Source: Chrysomallon squamiferum
Taxonomy: Eukaryota > Animalia > Mollusca
Assembly (NCBI GenBank): GCA_012295275.1
Contig: CM022675.1
Coordinates: 10,044,001-10,108,000, forward strand
Length of the DNA: 64,000 bases
Direction of reading: 5' to 3'
The position numbers were made by a program, and so were the translations under genes. Each line of letters begins with the position of its first letter. The stretch's first letter is position 1. Shown in pieces: positions 52,553 through 64,000 of the stretch. Under the pieces are notes generated by a model. It did not search any database. It was not told the DNA's origin and saw only the letters and a list, made by a program, of their open reading frames with translations.

Positions 52553-53226
52553 CGCAAACTTATTTTTTTTTTTAAAAGAGCAAAAATAATTTGAGACATA
52601 CACTAGAAGTTGATTATGCTTATTTTAGCCCCTCTTTGGAAATAATTTTTCTCTTTCATTCAGTTTTAATCAGGAACAGAGCTTATTTTTAGCGAAACAG
52701 ACAAAAGACAGTATTTCAAATCAGTTCATATGTCATGACCACCCTTGTTTACTGTTAGCAAGGAATGACTCATGATTGTCATAATTTTAATTTATTTTAT
52801 TGGTATACCTCCAGATGGGAGGTATAAGCAGAAAATGAGCAGCGTAGCAATTAAACCAAACTGACAATCCTCATTAAAAATGGTGATATGTTGAAATGTT
52901 TACTGTTTTCATCAGAGGCAGTTTGATGCCAGCTGTTAATCGTAATTACTTCTGTTCTACATGAAACCATTGTTTTACTCATTAGACTTACTGAATTAAT
53001 TTTGAACAAAAGTGAAATGTACAGAGACTGCGTATTCACTCAGTTCTCTTAAATGAAAAAGAATTAAAATAGAAAATACACACGAATGTTTAAAAGTAAC
53101 TGTCATTTAAGTAGTGTTGAAAATTTTATTTATTCAGATTTATTCAAGTGCTTTTATGGCCACCAGTCCATTATTTAACTTCATTATTCCCAGCAGCACT
53201 GATTTATTGACCATATTTTAGTGTGT

Positions 53227-53274
<48 letters not shown>

Positions 53275-55019
53275 TATGTTTTGATATTCTAGTATTTCAT
53301 GAAAGTTGAATTTTGTAAAATGATCACAGATATTAGCTATATGTTGATTAGTGTGACATCTTGGAAGGTTTAAATCATCATAGCATTGCAACCATACAGA
53401 CACACTGCAACATTTGATGACAGTTTTTATTATATTCATAGTTTTACTTCACATGTTATAGTTTATAAGATATTTTCTAGACAGAAATTTCCAGAATAAA
53501 GGTGTAAATTTAATAAAGTACAGTAATTCTAGTCCTTGGATATTTAGGTCAGAGTGGAATATTTTTGTATTAAACATGATTAAAGTAAAAAGTATGTTGG
53601 TGTGACTAAATCTTTTTAATCTTTGAATGATAGAAATGTTTTAACTTGAAACTTGAATAGTTAATATATTGTGCAGATAGAAAAGTTAAGTTTAAAAAAC
53701 AAATAACACTTCTACTTAATTTCATTTGGTTAAATGTTTTTGCTGATGTAAACAGTTTAAATATTTAAAGGAAGTTATTTAATTTATGTTGAGAGAGAGA
53801 GATTTGTTGATTTTAAATCTGCATTACGGAAGTGAATTTTGCTCTAAAAAATAACACTTAACAATAATAATAATTAATAAAATGCTATAAATATTTGTTA
53901 TTAACATAAAATGAAAGTAGTGTGATAATTATTTCTATTTGAAATAACAAAATTAAAAAATGTTTCAATGCTAATAACATTAAAATATGTGATTTGAAAG
54001 AAAGTTTAATTATTTTATCAGTTCTAGTTCAAGTCCATTAAAATCTAATTATAATTTTATTTTTATTTTTTTAAGAAAATGAATGTAAGAGAAACAATAC
54101 AAAAAAAAAAAAAAATTGTCTTTTTCTTTTCTATTTTAAATGTAAAATAAAAAATAAAGGTATAAAATAGTTCCTGAAACAAAGGTAGTATTATGCCATT
54201 AAAACGAGAAGCAGCAGATTATTCAATAATAACAATAAAAAAAAAAAGAAAAAAAAAAAAAAAAAAAAAAAGAGGAAAGACATGGGTAACAGCTATATAT
54301 ATGGAAATTACTGTCATAAAATTATTCATGAAAGTGGGTTTTTCTTCTGTTGAGTTTCAAATTTATAACCTTTGAGTCTTAGCAATTTACATGATGCCAG
54401 TTTTTCAGTTTGAAATTGCAGTCTGATCGCTTTCATTCTTGTTAACGCCATCAAATTAAAACGATTTATATTCTTGAATTTTTCTTGCTTACAGAAAAAA
54501 GTATAAAAAAAAAGTTTTCCTTCTGGTAGTAAATTAAACAATTACAACTTTATTTCTTTAAAACTAGGTTTAAAAAATATATATTATTCAGTTTTAAATT
54601 TAGTTTTTTTATAAATATTTATTTCATTTAGGTTATTTTTTATTATTATTATTATTATTTGTATTTTTAAGTTGTTTATTTTGTGGAATTAACATTTTCT
54701 TCAGAAAAATATTCTGAATAAATTTTGAAATGAGATTCTTAAAACATGCCTAATTTATAATGTATCTTTATTCAACAAAAAATTGGTAAACTGTTAAGCT
54801 TTTTCTGTTGAACTATTTTAATACTGTCACATAATTGTTATAATAATAATATAGAAATATTTCCAAATAATTTCTAAAGAAAATGCAAATGTTTTTCCCC
54901 ACTATTTGCATCTAATAAGAAGCAGAGTAACTGGTCATAAATTGATGTAACAGGATGTAAAAAGTATGCCTGGATTTCCTTATTATTCTTTTGTTATTTT
55001 CTTTATTTCTTATTACTGA

Positions 55020-55081
<62 letters not shown>

Positions 55082-55193
55082 TTATTTTTCAAAGAAATCT
55101 TAGTGCAATGGATAGAATCTAGAACAGGATATAAAAAGGATACAAGGATATGCCGAATTAATTAACATGACAGATGTTGTATTTTAATTGTTA

Positions 55194-55225
<32 letters not shown>

Positions 55226-55806
55226 AATCTTTTAAGCATGCTTTTATATTTTTTTTTCATTGTGTGTGTGTGTTTATTTATTTATTTACTTTATTTTTTA
55301 AATAATGTTAAGACACTATACAATAGAACATGGAAAGATAACCAGAATTTCTTAATTAACAGAACATGACTTTACAAACATCACCTTTTATATATTATCT
55401 TTGATCATTGTTATTATTGTACATTATCTAATGGGCAGAAATGATTAAAGGGTAAATAACAAAAATAATAAAAATAAACTGATTGGTTAATTACCAGTGT
55501 ATTAACAACTTGTACATTTTTCAGTTTTGTTTTTCATTTGTGTTTTGTTATGTTTATTAATATGTTCTTGTTTGAGTGTATATATGTCTGCAACTGTGCA
55601 TGTGTGTGTGTATATCTATATTTATAAGTTCTTTTATTTGTTTTATTTCAGGTATTGTGTAATGGATAGTAATTATAGTGAGAGATGATAAACATACCTG
55701 GATGTGAAAGACTAGTGTGTTGAAGCATTTTTTTGCAAGTTGCACCTGGATTTGTTGATCCACAATGTGGTTAGCTTAGTCTTGCTGACTAAGCCAGCCC
55801 GTGACA

Positions 55807-58800
55807 ATGAACTTTGACAATGGTCAGGGATTGAAGTTTGGTTTGCCCAGCTACGGCCAGGGCTTTGACAATCCAGCAGGGAATGTATGCCAGTTCCAGT
55901 ATGTGGGACTTGAGAATATGGCTGGCACCATCAAACAGGGCCAGGCTATGCAGTCTATACCACCTGATCACAGTGCCTCTTTGGGCCACCACTACAGGAA
56001 TATGAACATCAGGCATCCACATGGAAGTCCTGTTCAGAATGCATTCCCTATTGGAATTAACATTTCCATGGCAACCAATCCTCAATTCAATACCATGCAG
56101 CCTTTGGATTCGTTTGCTATGCATCAGGGATACCCCAGCAACCAGAGACCAGACATGCACTATAAGATATTTAACAACTGGATTGGTCCAGCTCAAGGAA
56201 ATGTTTTTCAAGGTCACAGCCAACCTCGACAGCAGGGTCAGCCACAAGTTCAAGTTCCTCAAAGCCAAAGTCAAGGACAAGCATCTCTTCCAAGTTTTGG
56301 TCACCTGTGGTCACATTTTCAGCAGCAGCAGATGCAGAAGCAGCAAGCATTGCAACATCAGGAACCTCAGAAACAACAGCAACAACAGCAGCAGCAGCAG
56401 CAGTATGTTGGGAACCAACCTCTTCAGATGCAGAATTTTCCTAGCACTGTTGCCTTGATTCCCAACGTCTCAAACAACAGTATTAGTTTACAGAGGGGAC
56501 AGAGAATCAACTATCAGTATTCACCTCAGAATGTTGGAGTGGTTACTCAGGCTAGAGTTTGCCCATCAGTTTCTGCTGATGCTTCTCAAGCTTCTGCCTG
56601 TGCCAGCCAAACTGTTGGTGTTGAGAATCCTATTTCTATGGTGGTTGCTGCAGCATCCAATTTGGCTGCTTGTTCCGTATCTGCTGCTGGAGGTTTGGTT
56701 GTGTCTTCTGGAAGTACTCCTGTAACAAACATGACAACCACTGTCACCATGACTACTTGCAGTAGCTCTCCAGTGACTACAACTGCTGCAGTACACTCAG
56801 GAATTCCTGTATCTTCTGTTGGACCAGTGAAAGGTCTGTTGTCATCGGAAACAGAGAAAAATCATTCAGAAGTGTTGACAGAACAGTGTAATGTACAAAA
56901 AGATGATGGTCCTCAATCAGATGATTCACAAGGAGAAAATGGCAGTTCAGGAAAGTCCAAAAGTAATGATGGAACATTTCAGATTGTGAAAGTGCCGTTT
57001 GGTTGGCGAAGAACTACAGAAGATGGAGCTGTAATTTATTACAGGTTAGAATGGGAGAACAGATTTTTGATATAAAATCTGATTTAAAATTCATGTGTCC
57101 TTTAGAATTATTTAAAAAAAAAAAAAAAAAATATTGCTAATTTTTTTATTTTCATTCCAGAGCTTTATTTTACTCTTTAAGGTAAAAAATTATATATCAG
57201 TTTTTGTAATTAATATAAAAACAGTATTTATTATTTATCTTTTGTTAAAAACTCATTTAACTTTTAATCAACTGTGTATAGTCATACATGAATTGATTAA
57301 ATATTTTTTTTTTTTTACTTTATCGTTTTTTTTTTTTTTTTTAAAGAAATAGTTTTATTAATTTAAAATAATATATTTATATATGAACAATATTAACTAA
57401 CTTTTCTATTTATCTTATTAATTTATTTTAAATTTAATTTTAATTATTACTATTATTATTATTATTTTTTTTACAGCCCAAGCAATACACGACTGACATC
57501 ATACCATGAAGTGTGCAAGTATCTTGTTTCTGACGGTACATGTAAGTGTGGTATCGAGTGTCCACTTCAGGTGGAGAAAGTGTTTAACTTTGATCCATTT
57601 GTTAATGGAAAACTCTGGACAGTGGACGATGTTAGCACAGAAGACCTTACGAAGCTCTGCATACACAAGAGAAAAATTATCGCTATGGCAACATTTCAGA
57701 GGAGCCAAACAATTCCTGGAGCCATTCTGGGTCAGAGCCATCCAGCTCATGGAAAAACGAAAGCAGGAAACTCGAGGACAAAACGAGGTGAGTCAGTGGT
57801 CTGATGATAGTTAGTTTAGAAATGGATAAATGCAAAATGAATTATTTAAAAACACTTTTGAGAGTCCATAATCTGAAATCTGAATAGCTTCAGGAAACAG
57901 ATTTTTCTTGTTACTCTTGTTGATGTTATGATGCTGCTTCATCAAGATGAGAATTACTCTGTTGAAGGATATATTCAACTCTAACAATAAATCTGTTGAA
58001 TTTATGTGAAAGGCGAAAAAAAACGAGCCAGGTTGGGGAGCCCAGGGCTTTATTGCCATGGACTTCATTCAAATTCGGAAGCATCAAGGCAGATAAAGAT
58101 TGCAACCACAACACTGTCTTTTGATGCTATGGTAAAAATTCAAACCCTGTTAATTATTTTGATTTATTGTCTTTTCTTTTTCTTGTTTTTTTCTTTGTGA
58201 ATCTATCAGAAAAGAAATTGTAATTGTCAGTTGTAAATTTAAAATAATTGCTACCTCAATGAAATTTATCCCTGATTAACAGTGAAGTATTTATGGAAAT
58301 ATTTAAATATGATTTAGTTTTTGACTATGAAAAGACATTTTATTCTTTCAGAATCAAAGCCAAGGAAGAAAGTGAAGAACAAGGTCAACTCGACACCTTA
58401 CGATGGTCTTCTCGTGTCTCAGCTGCTGGCTCAGAGAGCAAACAGTCCACAGGTGATTAACAACACATTACAGAAACCTCCTGTCACCAACTTCTCTCCT
58501 CCAAACAATTTGAACCTTGGTGCCAACACTAAGCTGCATCATCAGTCAGATGTTGGAGACATGACTTCACCTCTGTCTGGAGACATGCTGAGAGATCCAA
58601 TGGACGATCTGGGACCCATAACCTGTCAGGTTCCAGCCAAGCTGGACTTCAGTGCCGGCTGTATTCTCAACAACCCTGCTCACAGGATAGCTAATTCTGC
58701 TCTTACACAAGATGCAAGTCATTTAGTAATCCCTGCCAAAAATATATCTGCTCAGCAGGGTCCTTTCAGTCCAGATCATTTGAAGAATCAGCAATTTCCT

Positions 58801-61800
58801 CTTCAGCAGCACTCACCAGTGCAATGTGTTCCAGCCAGTCCATCCTTTGTTACTAATGTTCCTCCTAACCACATGTATGGACCAAACATCCCACAACACT
58901 TTCAGATTCCAGTGAACTTACAGCAGCAGCAGCAGCAACAACAACATCAGCCTGGTGGTATGATGTTCCAGTCAATGATGCAGGTTCAGAATGCCTCCGG
59001 ACATCGGGTACCCAATCCTGCAATGTTTGATCAGTCAGGAATGCAAGCCAGTCCAGTCCATGTTGGATCTCAGCAGCAAAATTTGATGTTCAATTCTGTT
59101 TACCCACAGTTAAGTGACTTGACTTGGCTGGACTCTGGGAAACCCAAAACAAAGCGGCCGAGGAGCAAAAAGGATAAACAGAAACTGAATAGTATTCTTG
59201 ACAGGACGTCCCCATGTCCTAATGTTGATGTACGCAATCTGGCACCAGATTCATCCAGAAACTGTGGTACAAAGCCATCGGTGTCATTTTTGGAAAATCC
59301 ATCAGCATTTCTTGCTCAACAGACTGCTCTCGTGCAAAGCTCTCTGAATTCCTCTCAGATGAATGTGTTTCACAAAACCTCAGCCAATAACCCATCAAGT
59401 ATCTCATGTACACCTGTGTCTGCAACTGGTGTCTGTGTAAGTACAGCATCTGCTAACATGAAAGAAACACTGTGTTCTTCAGCATCGGCCAAATCTCCGC
59501 AGGAAAAGTTAGGTGTTCATAGTTCTGTGTTGCCAAATGTTTCAGATTCTGTAGCAGTTAAGAGTGATGACAAAGTAGTTAAAAAAGAACTTCAGTTAGA
59601 TGGTGTTAGTGGTAAAAACATTTCAGAAAATAATTTGAAAGAAACGTCTTCAAATGAAACTTCAAGCTCAAAATCAGCAAGCCAGCATGATGAGAAAGCA
59701 AGTGACTGTAAAAAGTCAGTTGCTAATAGTGCAATGTCCAAATCTCATAAACCAAAATCAAGATCCAGTATTCTTGCACATTTAAATCAGACTTCGGGAA
59801 AGTCATGTAGTTCAGCCAACTCAGACTCAGCAACAGCCACCTCAGAATTACCATCCATAACAACAGGTGGTTTAACTGTTGGTGGAGTCACACAGCCTGC
59901 TTCTGGTGACTTTCCTGCCAGCAGTCTTCTTTCAGCAGCAGCAAAAGCTCAGGGTTCACAAGCAAGTCCTTTAGGTTTAGTGTTAGGAAATCCCATCCAG
60001 ATGAACCCTGGCCTTTCAGTGAATGTAAGTCCTGACATGACAGGAGTAGGTGGGACAGGTATGGGAGATGTGATGGGAAAATCTGCTGGTGGCCTGAGTT
60101 CTCTGGATCAGCTTTGCTTGTCATTCGGTTCTGGTGGAATAGCTCCAGTAATGATTCCTCAAAACAACATTCTTGCTGGAGCTTTGCCGGGCTTGCAGGG
60201 ACTGCCTGTTAATATGTGCCTGCCTCTTGGACAGCCTGTCATGAACTCTGGTGTAGTGAACTTGTCTCAGAATCTGATGTTCAGTGGTGTAGATCCCACC
60301 AAAATAGTCAGCCAAATACAGCAGCCTGACAGAGGGGTGAGTGCCAGCAGCAGCAGCAGCAAAGCTGAAGTCAAGAAGGAATCTGGTGCCCAGAGTGTCG
60401 GAGCTGTTACTGTGCAGCATGACAGTGTCAACATCTCTAATATAACTGGAGTCTCAGGTCAGCCTGGAACTGAATTTAAAAATCTGACGTGCACATCTGC
60501 AGCAGTCAATCAAGTCTCATCAGCCTCCAACAGTCAGCTGCTCAATAACCAGTTCCCATTTGTGACAATGAATACGCCAATGCCACCAATATCTCTGCCT
60601 GTTGTGACTAATGTCACTAACAGTCTGTCACAAGTCATTCCTGCTGTCGGCGTGCCACAGACTATTCTCAATCAACATCCTCTTGGAAATCTTCTAAGCA
60701 CTGTTGCAGTTCCAGCAATGAACAACTCTGTAATGTTAACAAATCCAGCAACACAGACATGTGCACAGAATATCAGCTATTTTGGAATGCCAGTTTCAGC
60801 AGTAACTTCAGTTACAACAGCAGCAGGAAAATCAGAGGAAAGAACAAATGCTGATAGTAATTCTGACCGAGGGTTCAGTTGCAGAGAATATGTCTGCAGG
60901 TGATAAAACAGAAGGATCTGAGTCAGCATCAGTTGATAACCAGATGCAACAAGAAACACAAAACCTGGTCCTTTTTCCAAACATAAATATGCCACTGCTT
61001 CAGGTTGTTGATGGGAATTCCATGATGGCAGGAATGGACAAGCTTGGAACTGTTCCTCAGGTCATGATCCCAGGAACAATACTAGACTCTCAGTCACCTC
61101 TCTGTCAAAATAACCCTTGTGCCGGACTTCCTCTCAATCTCTTTCAGCTGCAGCAGATGTGGAATAATGTTGGTGGGGCAGGTGTTCCCAGCATCAATGC
61201 TCTACAGTTGCAACAGCTGCAGGCTCTGCAGTTGCAGCTGCTACTACAGCAGCTGCATGTCCAGGGGATGCAAAACCTGGTGAACCAGATCAACCTGCAG
61301 GGTGCAACAGTGGAGCAGGAGAATGGTGCTGAGTCATCTCCTGTGGGTGAGGATGAAGTGGATTCTGAGGAACAGGTAGCACAGGACAGTGCAGAGGAAG
61401 GAGATCAGGATGATGATGAAAGTTCTTTGGAAGATAGCACTCCTGATGAAAATGGAGAACAAGAGGAGCATCAGGTGAAGGATGTTTCCCCAAGAAGAGT
61501 GGAGAGTGTTAGTAAAAAGGAAAGTGTTAAAACAAGAGCAGTGCTTCTGTACAAACATCCACTCATAAAAGTAGCAAAAATAGTGAAGTCAGATCTGCGT
61601 GTTAAAAGTTTATCAAATTCAAAACCATATATGTGTACACATAGTGATTCAAGTGGAACAAAACTGAAATTTGTAAGTGTGTCTTCAGAAACCATGAACA
61701 AGAATAGAGCTGACGGTAAAAGCAAAGGTTCCGATGGTGTTAAGAGTCATAGTTCTAGTAAAAAACAGAACAAAAAGCAAAAATATTCATCTGAGAAAAA

Positions 61801-63717
61801 ATCTTTGTGTTACGATCGTGTCAAGTATGAGTGCAGTAGATCTTTCAACTGTCAGGATGTTCCTGAAAACTTTGCAAAATCTTCGCCCGACAGACAGAGT
61901 GACTCGAGCACCTCAGTGTTCGAGGAGGAGAGCGACAAGAACAAACTGTCCAGGGAGTCGCTGAAGGATCAGATAATGGGCAAAAAAGACTTGATGAAGT
62001 CCGAGTCGTGTGAAGATTTGTCTTCTGGAATCTCAGGAAAGCGAACAAGTGATTCTTCTGACGCGTCTGTGAACGACCAGACTTTGTCTGACAGCGGCTT
62101 CACAGACTGCTCAGACCCATCGGCCAATGAAAGTCACGAAACTCTGCCCCATCACAGCGGGGAATCGACTGACAAGAGTGACACAGGGGAGGCAACTGAG
62201 GAGGATGATCTTCCCTTGGTAGACTTGAAGAGAAAAGCGAAAAAGAGGTTGTACCCGGAAGAAAGGGATGTTGAAATGGATGGCTTGGAAAGTAAGTGGG
62301 AATTGGTAACTAGTTGCCTGTAAGTTGTTTCTTGCGGCTCTTTCTAACTTAATTGTTTTTTAAATACTTTTATTCAGGAATAAAAGAAACTTGTGTTGTT
62401 GTGTCTGTTAGAACAGATGATTAAATTTTAGAAAGTCATAAACATACACACACATTGTTCTTTATAGTGCATACACTTGTATTTCAAGAAAAACATTTTT
62501 GTAAATTTAGTTTGTTTTGTATGTGAATATATATTTTGAAGTTACAAATAAAAGTTATTCTGAAGAGTTAAATGCATAAGTAGTAGTGTAATTTTTATTT
62601 TATTTTTTAAATGTATTTAGAGACCATATTAATAAAAGTTTAAATCTTTCTCTCTTTTTTTTTCTCTCTTTTTTTTTAAAACAGATAAAAAATAAATCTT
62701 TTCATTATGGGGAAATGTTGCTTGATTTTTATCACCATTGAAACTCTTTGGTTATTTCTAAAAGCATATCTGGTATGTTTAAGCCCCTGGTATGTACAAA
62801 TGATTAATTATAACATTTGATATCTTTAAAGGCTATTAGAAATAATCATTAGAAAATGATCAAGTTATTGTTTTTTTTTTTTGTTTTTTTGTATTGTTAA
62901 AAAAAAAAATTTGAATTAATTAATTTATTTTTTAAACAGAGATATATTGATGATGTGGGAAAGAGGGGGGGGAGAAAAAAAAAAAAAAAAAACATATCTA
63001 AGTTTCATTACCCCAGTTTCCAATGCTGAAAAAATATTGTTAATGTCTTGCCATACTTAGTTATTAGTAAATATTTTGTATGTAAAACAATTTAATAACT
63101 TGAAGCCACAAATATAGAACTTACATATGTATCATTGTATGTATATATATATATACATATCACCAATGATTTATTTATTTTATTAATTTATTTGTAAAAT
63201 TACGTTTATAACATTTAGCTCTTCCAGTAAACACTTCATTAGTTGAAGACAAATTTATTAATTTACTCATTTACTTATAAAGATATTTATAAAACATTTG
63301 TCTCTTCCTTTCAGCAATTTGTTTTTTTTAAATGTTTTTAATTAATTTATTTTATTTTTTCCTTTGATTGACTGATTTATCTTTTTACTTACTTATTATT
63401 TTTCCTTATTATTATTATTTTTTTAATCTTTTTTTTTTTCAGTTTTGGTTTAGTTTTGTTTTGTTTCATTTAATTATTTATTTATTTATTTTTTTTTTTT
63501 TTTTTTTTTTCATTTTATTTCATTTACTGCTTTTCCAGATCTTGATGACTACTCTATGGACCACATTGAGTGTAATTCGATGCAGGACGTGCCAAGAACG
63601 GGAGATCTTGTGTGGGGACAGATTCGGGGCTTTCCTCTGTGGCCAGGAAAACTGGTACCAGAAGAAGCAGCTGCCAATGTAGACCTGGGTCCTGACTATG
63701 GGGAAGGAATCGCAACA
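55807..63717 (+). CDS. MBD5: Methyl-CpG-binding domain protein 5/6-like (MBD + PWWP); 3'-incomplete; +1 frame break at ~60867
   Basis: Exons 55807-57044, 57477-57787, 58352-62291 (frame switch within 60806-60903) and 63539-63717; the gene continues past the window. MBD5/6-type MBD: VPFGWRRTTEDGAVIYYSPS..YLVSDGTCKCGIECPLQVEKVFNFDP..LTKLCIHKRKIIAMAT. Conserved FPASSLLSAAAKAQ. PWWP start GDLVWGQIRGFPLWPGKLV. At least 1889 aa if the frame break is repaired. Confidence 0.92.
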
Positions 63718-64000
63718 GTGAGTTCATATTGTAATAATAATTTTAAAAAGAAGAAAATACACTTACTACTCTATAACAGTGGTTTACAAACCCATTTGAC
63801 AGTCATGAGCGTATTCCTCATGTTTTTGTGGGACATCTGAACGAAAATGCAAAATTATAATTTATATTTTGTCCCATTAGAAACTTATTGAAATTCATTT
63901 TGCATCAGTTAGGAATAAAATTAGTTTGATAAAGCTGTATAATAGTATAAATAATTGTACTATATCGGTATTGTTGATTATTAACACTGTATGTATCCAC

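Noticed and set aside
60901-60903. TGA as selenocysteine or readthrough
   Set aside because: Readthrough would stay in the wrong frame and meet TAA immediately (TGATAA).
55789-62048. Antisense and alternate-frame ORFs over the MBD5 exons (e.g. 55789-56304 -, 56021-56458 +)
   Set aside because: Expected shadows of long, GC-richer, codon-biased exons, with no independent motifs.
60848-62323. 491-aa ORF as an independent gene
   Set aside because: It continues the MBD5 low-complexity sequence, has no promoter-like upstream region and splices to the MBD5-type PWWP exon.

Overview
AT-rich, microsatellite-dense animal genomic DNA with spliceosomal introns. It is most likely from a gastropod mollusc, inferred from a recalled resemblance to a gastropod SINE family. 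I reconstructed five protein-coding genes exon by exon from splice signals and frame continuity. (1) A ~270-aa two-Ig-domain protein with a signal peptide and probable GPI anchor (+, 1543-5630), largely absent from the ORF track; its second domain has Leu at both canonical Cys positions. (2) ANKMY2 (-, 12 exons, one GC-AG intron). (3) TMEM245 (+, 17 exons), head-to-head with ANKMY2. (4) AARSD1/AlaX editing protein (-, 13 exons, an 18-nt microexon and one CAA acceptor). (5) An MBD5-like gene (+, MBD and PWWP domains, runs off the right end), head-to-head with AARSD1, with a +1 frame break at about 60867. Mobile DNA includes a Sola2-like MITE with a TTTA TSD and a degenerate relative, a MITE with a 9-bp TSD, a tRNA-derived SINE and a decayed Ginger2/KRBA2-type integrase element with long TIRs. 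There are also several minisatellites. No CRISPR, rRNA or intact tRNA was seen. All family assignments come from motif recognition, not database searches.
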